The notes under the pieces were generated by a model, which was not told where the DNA came from, did not search any database, and saw only the letters and a list, made by a program, of their open reading frames with translations. A DNA stretch of 63,990 nucleotides, the filler included. It is 9 parts of 9 records of this genome, joined end to end, with 100 filler letters (N's around TTAATTAATTAA, not from the genome) between each part and the next. Parts side by side here need not be neighbours in the genome. Positions count along the whole stretch, not along the records: positions 31,593 to 36,926 come from SRR31147125_27461; positions 37,027 to 43,279 come from SRR31147125_27468; positions 43,380 to 50,949 come from SRR31147125_27475; 6 more parts are not named here. The stretch is one strand, 5' to 3'. The translations under genes and the position numbers were made by a program. Shown here in pieces: positions 34,489 to 43,846 of the stretch (the first letter of the stretch is position 1; every line of letters starts with the position of its first letter).

Positions 34489-36576
34489 ATGGTGGATATT
34501 ATTATCGGTATAGCCGGAGCATCCGGTTCGGGGAAGACTACTATTGCAAACAGAATTCATGAACCTCTAGGCAATGATGCTGTTTTGATAACCCACGACT
34601 CGTATTATAAAAATCACGATGAATTAAGTTTTGAGGAAAGAAGTAAAATCAATTATGACCACCCGGAATCTTTAGAGTCGGATTTATTGGTAAAGCATTT
34701 ATTGGAGTTAAAGGCAGGCAAAAACATTCACATACCTGAATACGATTATACTCTGCACAGAAGATGTGATAAAACCAAAAAAGTCAAACCCAAATCTGTT
34801 ATTTTAATTGAAGGAATACTTATATTTACCGAACCAAAATTAAGAGAATTAATTGATTTAAAGATATATGTAGATACCGACCCTGATATCTGCTTGATAC
34901 GAAGAATAAAAAGAGACGTAAAGAAAAGAAAAAGAAGTTTGGATTCTGTTTTAGATCAGTATTTGAATACAGTTAAACCCATGTATCATGAATTTGTTGA
35001 ACCATCCAAAAGATATGCTGATATTATTGTTCCTGAAGGCGGCTATAATGATGCTGCCAACGGAATAATCATAAATAGAGCAAAGACCATAATTAAAAAA
35101 GCAAAAAAAGCAAAGAAGAAAAAAATGGCTAGATATGAACGAAGGGAAACGACTTTTGAAAAAACACTGAGGAGAATAATATTATTGTTAATATATACCT
35201 TAGTAATTTTAATTTTTGTGTTTATAGTATCTATGCTTATGGATACATACTCATCAAAGGAAAATGTTTCTTATGAGACGGGAACAGTAAGCCCTGAAAG
35301 TACACAATATGAAAATATAACTGATTATATTTCAGCTGTGCAGCAGACAGCAACACCTCAGATAACCAATACACCATATATTTTGTCGCAGCTTCCCTAT
35401 GGTCAGCCTGAGGATTATGGATTTGACTCTGAAAAGCTGGCTTCATTGGATGAGTATATCCAACAGCAGATTGATGATGGTTTTCCCGGTGCGGTACTTA
35501 TGATTGCAAAGGACGGTCATATAGTATTTCACAAAGCATACGGTTATTCAAAGAAGTATGAAGGCATGAGCTTAATGAGCCAATTTGAGGACATGCAGCT
35601 GGATACTATGTTTGATTTAGCATCCCTTTCAAAAATATATTCGACAACGTTTAGTATAATGAAATTAGTCGATGACGGCTATATATCTCTAGATGGCAAA
35701 GTATCAGAATATTTATCCGGATATACAGGCGCTAACAAAGACGAGGTAACCGTAAAAATGCTGCTTACTCATAGCGCAGGGTATGTAGAAAATTATTATT
35801 TCTATAAAGATGACAGTGAATATAAAACATTTGACAGAAATACGGTCTATGATTATGTTAAGCAAATCCCGCTGGACAGTGTTCCGGGGAGTAAATATGA
35901 TTATAATGATTTGAATTATATTCTGCTTGGTATGATTGTAGAGGAAGTTTCGGGAATGAGAATAGATGAGTACGCAAAAGAGAATATTTATGAGCCGTTA
36001 GGTATAGAAAATCAGGTAACATATCGACCGCTTGATATAGGCATTGAAAAATCCCAAATCGCAGCTACAGAAAGACTGGGCAATACGAGAGACGGTTCGG
36101 TATATTTTGACGGCATAAGGCAGTATACATTGCAGGGTGAGGTGCATGATGAAAACGCATATTACTGTATGGATCAGGTTTCAGGTCATGCAGGATTATT
36201 TGCTACAAGCTACGGATTGACAGTTTTAAATCAAGTATTACTTAATAAGGGTGAATATGAGGGAGTACAGATATACAGCGAGGAAACCATTGATAATTGG
36301 CTTAAAGTGATAAATAATAAAAAGTATCAGCTTGGGTTTTGGAATGCAGAGGTCGCCAGCGAAAAGTTAGAATCCTATGTGTCGGATTCAACATTTTATC
36401 ATAATGGGTGGACGGGAACTGCGACAATTGTTGACACAGAAAATAATCTGTCTATAATATTACTGACTAATAAGAGGCATTCACCATGTCCCGACGGTGA
36501 TTTTGAAGGGACGGATTACAGTATAGCCTATTATGTGTCGGTAATACAAAGGGTGTATAAAGCTCTTGATAGCTAG
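34489..36576 (+). CDS. udk: Uridine kinase in frame with a TM-anchored beta-lactamase-family serine hydrolase (possibly two genes; second start ATG 35125)
   Basis: IGIAGASGSGKTT, NYDHPES, EGILIF, EPSKRYADIIVP; then TM helix, FDLASLSK (SxxK), YDYN, GEVHDENA, GHAGLF, HNGWTGT. Confidence 0.85.
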   Translation: MVDIIIGIAGASGSGKTTIANRIHEPLGNDAVLITHDSYYKNHDELSFEERSKINYDHPESLESDLLVKHLLELKAGKNIHIPEYDYTLHRRCDKTKKVKPKSVILIEGILIFTEPKLRELIDLKIYVDTDPDICLIRRIKRDVKKRKRSLDSVLDQYLNTVKPMYHEFVEPSKRYADIIVPEGGYNDAANGIIINRAKTIIKKAKKAKKKKMARYERRETTFEKTLRRIILLLIYTLVILIFVFIVSMLMDTYSSKENVSYETGTVSPESTQYENITDYISAVQQTATPQITNTPYILSQLPYGQPEDYGFDSEKLASLDEYIQQQIDDGFPGAVLMIAKDGHIVFHKAYGYSKKYEGMSLMSQFEDMQLDTMFDLASLSKIYSTTFSIMKLVDDGYISLDGKVSEYLSGYTGANKDEVTVKMLLTHSAGYVENYYFYKDDSEYKTFDRNTVYDYVKQIPLDSVPGSKYDYNDLNYILLGMIVEEVSGMRIDEYAKENIYEPLGIENQVTYRPLDIGIEKSQIAATERLGNTRDGSVYFDGIRQYTLQGEVHDENAYYCMDQVSGHAGLFATSYGLTVLNQVLLNKGEYEGVQIYSEETIDNWLKVINNKKYQLGFWNAEVASEKLESYVSDSTFYHNGWTGTATIVDTENNLSIILLTNKRHSPCPDGDFEGTDYSIAYYVSVIQRVYKALDS

Positions 36577-36665
36577 TAAAAATTTACATGTTATTAATAT
36601 GTAGATTATATAATCCAACTGATATTTGATATAATATATATGAATTAATAAAGGGGAAAACAAGT

Positions 36666-36926
36666 ATGACAAATTATATAAAGAAAACAAAGATAATATG
36701 CACAATCGGACCTGCATGTGATACGGAAGATATGCTAACAAAAATGATACAGGCAGGCATGAACGTATGCAGGCTCAACCTTTCACATGGAGGCAAAGAA
36801 TCTTTTGTCCCGGTAATAAACAGAATAAAAAAAGCCAGACAGAATTCGAATGTGCCTGTTGCAATTTTATTAGACACCAGAGGACCGGAAGTCAGAGTAG
36901 GCAAGTTTTTAAACGATAAAGCGGAG
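36666..36926 (+). CDS. pyk: Pyruvate kinase, N-terminal fragment
   Basis: KTKIICTIGPA, GMNVCRLNLSHG, LDTRGPEVR. Confidence 0.93.
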
Positions 36927-37026
36927 NNNNNNNNNNNNNNNNNNNNNNNNNNNNNNNNNNNNNNNNNNNNTTAATTAATTAANNNNNNNNNNNNNNNNNN
37001 NNNNNNNNNNNNNNNNNNNNNNNNNN
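36927..37026. other. Artificial contig-joining spacer
   Basis: Same 100-nt spacer. Confidence 0.99.
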
Positions 37027-38933
37027 GCTGGATGCTGTGTTCTGAGTATCCATCCAAAAATGTGAAAAGTGCAGAATCTCAAATCACACGTTATATTCTT
37101 CAGCAGGAGCATCTGCAAGCCGTTGAATTTAAACATGACAAGACACACAGTGCTGTATTACCGACAACAGGAGCGTGGGAGTATCTATTGCCACGGTCGG
37201 AGAAAACAAATCCGGTTGTTTCTCAGGCTAAAACAGTCCATTATCTGGGACATGAATATAAACTTGAAAAGCGTGGGCAATCCGGCAAAGTCCTCCTTCC
37301 TGCGGAGCCGCATGTCGTTACACTGTCTCCGGATTTCATCACCGGCGTGCCGCACAATACCCGGCAAAAAGACGAAACCCGCCGGTATGACGAGTCGGAT
37401 TATGAATATATCCGCCTGACAAAAGCGGATTATATGGACATGATGGAGGCCGGATTAAACTGCTTTCGGGTGGATGCGGAACAGGTAAAATGGATTGAGC
37501 GATCCGATGTCTATTACTGGGGAATCGGCGGCAAGGATGTGTCCTATCCCGAATGCCTTTATAAAAGCAATTACATAGGCGCGGCTCTCTTTTTTGATGA
37601 ACCCATGGTCGGCACACGAGACAGAGTCGTTAAACCGAAACTGCAAAAAGATCCGGCCCTGCGAAAAACCCTGACGCCGCAAAAGGTGTTGCAGGATTTT
37701 ATGGGCCTTTATCACAAGACAAAGTATGTTCACGGGCCCACCAGCCTGTTAAAGGGATTGGCAGCACGACAAGATGTGGATCTTGGCGATATGGATTTTC
37801 TGCAACAGAATATGTATACCTGGGAGACCATGGTTAGTTCCGCGTTTTATCAACTTTCAGAGGGCGACGGCAATCCTCCCAATGCTATGGTGTTCGAGCC
37901 GCCTGGTCGGTTTGGTTCACGCCGGATTTTGCCGGAATTGAACATGTGTTTTGATTGTCAGATACCCTTAAGCAGTCCCAAAAATCTGATTGCCATGATT
38001 TATGGCTTTTTACGGGGCGCTGCCAGGGTAACGGACAAGGAGTGGGGCGTCAGCATTTACGGTGCCGTGGACCGTGGGGACACATTCTGGTTTTTAACCC
38101 ACGCTTATGATCTCGGCGCCAGCCGTTTCTTTTACTGGGACACCTATCAGCTTGCCTGTGTTCCTTATGGCGAATATCTGGCTATGACCCGGCATTTACG
38201 GGCGCATCAAAAGAATGTCCCGGAGCGTAATCTGCAGCAGCTCAAAAAGGCTGGCGAAGTGGCCATTCTGCTGCCGCCCGGTTATAATCTGGGGCACGTT
38301 CACATGGGGCGGGGTGTATTCAGCGGTATCCCCGAACTGAACCTGGAGCGCACTAACAGTTATGGTGTCACCTACCGGCAGGTGATGAATAATTTTTATA
38401 TCGAAGTCGAGCGCTGTCTGCGGCTGGGTATTGAATTTGACCTGTTCTGGGATATGGAAAATCTGCAGTTGCCGCAATATCGTGAAGTCATTACGGTGCG
38501 GGAAGATGGTAAAGTGAACGTGTTTAAAGACGGGCAAAACCAATTGCTCGAAACTGCCAGAGTACCGAACCGCCCGGACGGGAAGCCACCAGAGCTTGAA
38601 ATTATAGATGTGGCTGTAACGGGTCGTAACATAACAGCTGCTGCGCATGTTCGGGAAACCACAGCCCCCATTTTTTACACACCTGGTGCGGATAAAAATG
38701 GTATTTACAATAACCAGTATGTGTTGTGGGAACTGTTTGGCCCGGAAGATGAGGATTATTCCAATTTGTGGACTGAGTCTTGGAACGTAACCGTTTCGGA
38801 AACCGAGAATGGTCATCATGTGGAAATTCCTTTTAGTGTTTCCAAACCGGGTATCTACCGCCTGCGTGCTTCCACAGCAGATGTGGCAGGTAGAAGTACG
38901 GTGATGTGGAAAGAGATACAGGTGAAGGAATAG
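37027..38933 (+). CDS. Large hypothetical protein (5' truncated)
   Basis: Uninterrupted ORF of more than 630 aa; family not recognised; beta-rich C-terminus. Confidence 0.75.
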
Positions 38934-38974
38934 GGGTAAAATTAGCAGCAGAAGATAGGATTTGTCAATAATAT

Positions 38975-39071
38975 TGGTGTGATTCTGCGATGTAGATGGT
39001 TGTTGATTGATGGGTGTGGGGTAGATGCCCCACGTTATTTGGCGCCCCGGGAAAATTCCCGGGGCGATCGG
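38975..39071 (+). repeat. Dispersed ~95-nt two-hairpin element, copy 1 of 3 (others ~40739-40835 and ~42753-42848)
   Basis: Shared TGGTT..GGGGT(A/G)GA..CC..GC..C.GGGA..ATT..GG..CGATC; copy 1 has a perfect CGCCCCGGGAA/TTCCCGGGGCG stem. Confidence 0.7.
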
Positions 39072-39120
39072 GATTCTGGCAGAAATATAACTTGAGTGGA
39101 TGTAAATTCGGATTGGTCCT

Positions 39121-39209
39121 AAATAACCTTGCATGTTTAAAGGATTTGGTTGAAAATAACCTTGTATTTTTAAAGGTTCCTTTTCAAATTAACCTTGTAT
39201 TTTTAAAGG
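39121..39209 (+). repeat. Three 23-bp direct repeats at 33-bp period (operator-like)
   Basis: AAATAACCTTGCATGTTTAAAGG (39121), AAATAACCTTGTATTTTTAAAGG (39154), AATTAACCTTGTATTTTTAAAGG (39187). Confidence 0.85.
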
Positions 39210-39218
39210 GTGTAATAA

Positions 39219-39361
39219 ATGAATCGTTTTATCACGCAAAAACAGATTGAATGGAAGAAGCAAGCGCACCGTATGCAAAGTTACCTGAACAAAAAATACT
39301 TTTTTTACCATTGTATTATGCTTATGCAATAGGATGGAATGATGATTATACGATGCATTAG
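39219..39361 (+). pseudogene. Probable internally deleted AAA-family ATP-binding protein (AAA_14/DUF4143-like) remnant
   Basis: N-terminus MNRFITQKQIEWKKQAHR joined out of frame to a C-terminus-like APYAKLPEQKILFLPLYYAYAI. Confidence 0.45.
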
Positions 39362-39462
39362 CCAGTTAATGCGAGATCCTGAAATCAGTGTGACTCCGCT
39401 GTTTACGATAATTTATATGCACATAAAATATATCTTGCGATTTATATCAAGTATTCATATCC

Positions 39463-39569
39463 TATTATATAAATAGAAAAATCAGGGGTTAGGGTAAGGG
39501 GTACCTCATGAGAACAAATTTTTAAAGGCACAACAGAGTTTTCCGTTGCAAGACTGTGGTGTGCCTTTT
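39463..39569 (+). promoter_or_regulatory. Duplicated leader/sRNA-like element, copy 1 (AT box, G-rich tract, 5-codon uORF, long hairpin + T-tract)
   Basis: Homologous to 43011-43120. Confidence 0.6.
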
Positions 39570-39664
39570 CTGTTAATGCATTTCCAAAATGACAAAAGTT
39601 AGTTTCAGAGATTGATATGTTCGAAATAAAGGTGGATGAAATCCATGTAGCATAAAACGTTGTA

Positions 39665-40018
39665 TTGCTATGTCTGATTGTGATTCCACCTGATATGAAA
39701 TTATCAGGCTTTATTCAAATGATTCTATATTTTACAAAAAAACATCTCACGGTATCACTTATCATTGCCGGATTTTTAGCGATAATTATGTCGCTGGCTG
39801 GTATGCAGAATGTTATTTTAAAATCTTTAATCTGGGCCGGGATGGTGTCCGGATATGTTAGCTGGTATTTTTTTAACAAGAAGAATCTGTGGATTCTTTA
39901 TTATAATATGAGAATTTCCAAATATATTTTGATCGGAATGAATATCCTTTTTTTCGAAATTATGACGGTGACAGTTATTTTACTCACACAAAGCAGGATA
40001 TATTCAATTGACATTTGA
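39665..40018 (+). CDS. Small multi-TM membrane protein, partner of the downstream ABC ATPase
   Basis: Three hydrophobic segments and LYYNMRIS; overlaps the ATPase start. Confidence 0.65.
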   Translation: MLCLIVIPPDMKLSGFIQMILYFTKKHLTVSLIIAGFLAIIMSLAGMQNVILKSLIWAGMVSGYVSWYFFNKKNLWILYYNMRISKYILIGMNILFFEIMTVTVILLTQSRIYSIDI

Positions 40019-40673
40019 TTCCATATATTATCACATGGCCAACAAGAGAATTTTAGATGGCGTCTTTTTAAAAGTGGAGCGTGGGAAAATATGCGGACTA
40101 TACGGGAGAAATGGTTGCGGTAAATCAGCGTTGATAAAGATTGGGGCAGGACTCGTTTTGCCTACATCCGGAACTGTATTTATTGACGGGCAGGCATTTT
40201 TAAAGAAATCAAGAATGTCACGATATAAAAAAATATCTTATTTATGTCAGGAATCCTTTTTACCCAAAGATCTGTCAGTCAGAAAAATTATTCGTGCCTG
40301 TCCACGAAAAAAGGAACATGATTTTATAAATCAAAACATGAATTCAGAATTACTGGATCAAAAAGTGAGATATTTATCCGGTGGAGAACGGAAATTATTC
40401 GAGTTGATTTTGATCCTGTCTTTGAACAGATCCTTTATATTACTGGATGAGCCCTTTACCGGGCTTGAGCCAAAAATAATTGAGAAAATGATGGATCTGA
40501 TTTTTCAACAACGAGACTAGGGGAAGGGTATATTAATCACCGATCATTATTATCGTTACGTTTCACAGATTGTTGATGTTGCATATTTACTCAAAGACAG
40601 CACGTGTCGAATTATGAGTGATATGAATTCAATTAAAGATGAGATGTGTCAGCATAGCTATTTCGGTGTGTAG
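40008..40673 (+). pseudogene. ABC ATP-binding protein (LptB-like) with in-frame TAG at 40518-40520
   Basis: GRNGCGKS, LSGGE, LLDEPF; after the TAG the same frame reads GKGILITDH (H-loop) to TAG 40673. Confidence 0.8.
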
Positions 40674-40862
40674 ATGTTTTAATAATGTGTTGCAGTAGAT
40701 TTAGGGATTGTTGATAAAATTCATGAGAATGTAAAATATCAGCGTTAATCTGCAGTTGATATGGTTAATAGTTGTTGGGGTTGGGGTAGATGCCCAATTT
40801 GTTGAGCAACCAGGGAGGATTCCCGGGTCGATCAGTGGTAAAAAAAGGTGTAAATACCTATA

Positions 40863-42692
40863 ATGTTTTTTAATTTAATAAAAACAAACCACAGAAAAGG
40901 AGGACTCTTGCGATACTTTTATCTTTTTCTTGCCATCGGTTTTTTATTACTATCCTGCAATCAAAATCAACAAAGCGTTACTGAACGTCAACAAAAAGCC
41001 CGACTTGAAGGAAAAGTTCAATTCCATCAAAAATCCAAACCAGATTCGATATATATAAGCCTGTCATCTTTTGCCATGGAGAAAGTATCTAGACCCAACA
41101 GTAGGCTTGGTAAGCCGATCGAATTCAAAGCAATTTCTGATTCCACATTTTTTCTGCAAGTGGATCCCGGTCGATATACCTTATCCGCATTCGCGTTTGG
41201 TTTTAAACCGATACGTACCGGTTTGTACATAGCGGATAGTCTTGTGAATGTATCTGTTAAATTTGATTTTTATCCTGTTAGTCTGGATCCAGGCAAAATT
41301 GAATATGTTAAACTTTATGGGGCATTTAATGAATGGAATATCATGTCCGGTAAAAAAATGACCAAACTTGGCAAGGTATGGAAAATCGATCCCTCTGCAT
41401 TTTTAAAATCGGGCGATGAATATCAAATTTTCCCCTATCGAAATGATAATGGTTATTATGATCTAAAAAATCCCCGCGCAACAGCGGTGAAAAACAGAAC
41501 GAATTTTAATTCCATATATCAGGGTGGTGATATAATCTTTGATCCATCCCTTTATTCAACGGATATGAATACGCACTCATCAGCCACATTTACAGCTGAT
41601 TCTTTGCAGATTCAATTTCAAGAATTAACTGAAGAATTGAAAAAGTATAATTTTTTTACACTTGTAGGTTGTGACTATAAAAAAGTTGAAAATGATTTTT
41701 ACAACTATTTTATGAAAATCGAGAATGTGCAGGCCAGGTATGATTCTGTGTTCCAGGATTTGTTTATACATACTCAAATATCATTACTCCGAAATTTTCA
41801 TCCTTCAAAGAAGGAATACAATTTGTTAATGAAACATAGAAATCCGGATTTGATTTCATTTTATCAGAGTGATAACTATAAAGAATATCTCGACCTGACC
41901 GTTCGGTGTTTAAAAAAGGCAAATCAATTATCTTCTATTTCGAGTCGCTTTGGTTATGTATGCGCAGAGCTTGACTATGCCGTAGCCAAAGTCCCGGATC
42001 TCTTATCTAAGCATATTACAGTTTCAGAAGACTCTTCAGAACCTGAATTTGGATATTTTACCGATCAAATACTCTCATGGGAAGATAAAGAAAAAGACAC
42101 AAAGGTATCGGCACAAAGGCTTTGGGGAATTGCAAATTATTACCAATCAACCAAACAAAAAGAAAAACAAAAAAGAATTTTGGAAAGACTCGTTGCAAAA
42201 TATCCGCAATCCTGGGCAGTTGAGAATCGATATGTTGAGTCCATGTACAATGGTATTCATCTTTCGCCAGAAGCAAAAGTGCCTGATTTTCATGTCGAAA
42301 CAGTCTTTGGAGATAGTTTGCAATTTTCAAAACTGCAGGTCCCTTTTATTTTTCTTCATTTTTGGAGTACAAAGTGTGGTCACAGTAAAAGAGAAATAAA
42401 TTTTATTCTTGATATGAAAAAGAATTATTCTGATAAGGAATTACTCGTCATTGGCCTGGCAAACGATACGCCAATATCCCTGAGAGAGTGTTTGACGAAT
42501 AATGATATTGATTTTCCAAATGCCCTGGCCGCCCCCGAGCTTTTAAGGTCATTTGGAATTACTGCATACCCAACAACTTTTCTAATCGGACCAGACCGGA
42601 CCATCATCGCCAAAGACCTGAGGGGCCAACATCTTCCAACGCTGGTGAAGGAGGAGATTGATAAGTATAAACAAAAGTCAGGCTATAAATAG
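40863..42692 (+). CDS. Lipoprotein with C-terminal TlpA/redoxin domain (CxxS) and N-terminal beta-sandwich/helical regions
   Basis: LLLSC lipobox; PDF..LHFWSTKCGHS, FGITAYPTTFLIGPD..IIAKDLRG; likely start is TTG 40908. Confidence 0.8.
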   Translation: MFFNLIKTNHRKGGLLRYFYLFLAIGFLLLSCNQNQQSVTERQQKARLEGKVQFHQKSKPDSIYISLSSFAMEKVSRPNSRLGKPIEFKAISDSTFFLQVDPGRYTLSAFAFGFKPIRTGLYIADSLVNVSVKFDFYPVSLDPGKIEYVKLYGAFNEWNIMSGKKMTKLGKVWKIDPSAFLKSGDEYQIFPYRNDNGYYDLKNPRATAVKNRTNFNSIYQGGDIIFDPSLYSTDMNTHSSATFTADSLQIQFQELTEELKKYNFFTLVGCDYKKVENDFYNYFMKIENVQARYDSVFQDLFIHTQISLLRNFHPSKKEYNLLMKHRNPDLISFYQSDNYKEYLDLTVRCLKKANQLSSISSRFGYVCAELDYAVAKVPDLLSKHITVSEDSSEPEFGYFTDQILSWEDKEKDTKVSAQRLWGIANYYQSTKQKEKQKRILERLVAKYPQSWAVENRYVESMYNGIHLSPEAKVPDFHVETVFGDSLQFSKLQVPFIFLHFWSTKCGHSKREINFILDMKKNYSDKELLVIGLANDTPISLRECLTNNDIDFPNALAAPELLRSFGITAYPTTFLIGPDRTIIAKDLRGQHLPTLVKEEIDKYKQKSGYK

Positions 42693-43010
42693 TGTGGTTT
42701 GATTTTGGTTTGGATCTGGGTGGCAGGGGCACCTGTGCTTTGGAGGCAATAATGGTGTTAATGTGAGATGAAGGTGGTTATGGGGTGTTGGGGTGGGGTG
42801 GAAACCTCACTTTTCCTGGCAACACGGGAGGAATTCTGGATCGATCAGAAAAGCAAGCAAAGTCAAATAAAGGTGTCACAAACGGAGTCGGAGCGTCAGA
42901 GCTGAATCTGCGCTACCTCCGTACTGAATTACGGGATCTTCAGGTTTATTTCTCGCTAATAGTTGTGTAATTAAAACAAATTTTGTAACCGAGCATTCAT
43001 TTTAGTGTCG

Positions 43011-43120
43011 TATTATATAAATAATAAAACTCGGGGTTAGCGTTAGGGGATCTTCATGAAGATAATTTTATAAAGGCACAACAGAGTTTTTCTGTGAAAA
43101 GCTGTGGCGTGCCTTTTTTT
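43011..43120 (+). promoter_or_regulatory. Duplicated leader/sRNA-like element, copy 2
   Basis: Homologous to 39463-39569. Confidence 0.6.
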
Positions 43121-43279
43121 GTTTATTAATTTGGGAAATGATGAATTTATACTCGAAAAAAGTCGGAAAAACCAGATTAAATCCTATATGTTATACGCTA
43201 ATATTAACAATAAGGAATCCTGAAAGATGAAAAAATCTTTTATTTATTTTAAACGCTTAAACGGTTAGCACAGTAAAAG

Positions 43280-43379
43280 NNNNNNNNNNNNNNNNNNNNN
43301 NNNNNNNNNNNNNNNNNNNNNNNTTAATTAATTAANNNNNNNNNNNNNNNNNNNNNNNNNNNNNNNNNNNNNNNNNNNN
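43280..43379. other. Artificial contig-joining spacer
   Basis: Same 100-nt spacer. Confidence 0.99.
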
Positions 43380-43552
43380 TCCATGCGGTAGGTTATCTCT
43401 ACCGGCTTGAAATACTGGTTGGATTAAAAATCTGAAAGACATATACAATGCGGCACTTGTTGATTAATGGAGCAAACGATGTAATTAACATTGCCAGCGA
43501 TTTACTGGTGCCGTATGAATATATCTTTTGGAAAACTTTAAGGAGGTAGATT

Positions 43553-43747
43553 ATGAAATCAAACTTAATCGACATTCGTGATGTAAATATTAATACAGGG
43601 CTTCCGATTAAAGATAAAATAAATAGCTTTATTGAGCAAATCAATGATCCTTATCATTTCAAATGCGGAGATATTGAAATCACCTTAAATTTTATCGGTA
43701 GCGATTCACTTGAAAATAAAATCATTAAACATCTAAGCAGCAAATAA
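43553..43747 (+). CDS. Small protein of the type preceding tandem serine recombinases in clostridial elements (DUF6870-like)
   Basis: AAGGAGG RBS; LIDIRDVNINTGLP..FIEQINDPYHFKCGD. Confidence 0.75.
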   Translation: MKSNLIDIRDVNINTGLPIKDKINSFIEQINDPYHFKCGDIEITLNFIGSDSLENKIIKHLSSK

Positions 43748-43846
43748 AACGTTCTCAAATTTCTTTATTTGGTTTGGCTGTGCTACACTTTATTTGGCAC
43801 TTAAAAAATCCTGCTGTTTGATGAATAAAACAGGAGGTAATTTGTA

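Noticed and set aside
38196-39134. 312-aa minus-strand ORF and other short antisense or overlapping ORFs in the track (e.g. 26073-26606, 60287-60871, 56729-57166)
   Set aside because: Shadow frames of well-supported genes, with no motifs of their own.
39121-39209. Direct repeats as a mini-CRISPR, or as the 11-aa repeat ORF 39014-39250
   Set aside because: Spacers are only 10 nt and no cas genes are present; the ORF starts inside a hairpin repeat and has no convincing RBS.
39485-39501. Telomere-like GGGGTTAGGGTAAGGGG as a G-quadruplex
   Set aside because: Only three G-tracts, and the middle tract is broken (GCG) in the second copy.
12677-40520. In-frame TAG codons (12677 in the acyltransferase, 40518 in the ABC ATPase) as stop-codon recoding or pyrrolysine
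   Set aside because: They are on different contigs, TAG ends normal genes in both, the first replaces a conserved Trp (TGG to TAG), and no pyl genes are seen. Point mutation or base-call error is simpler.
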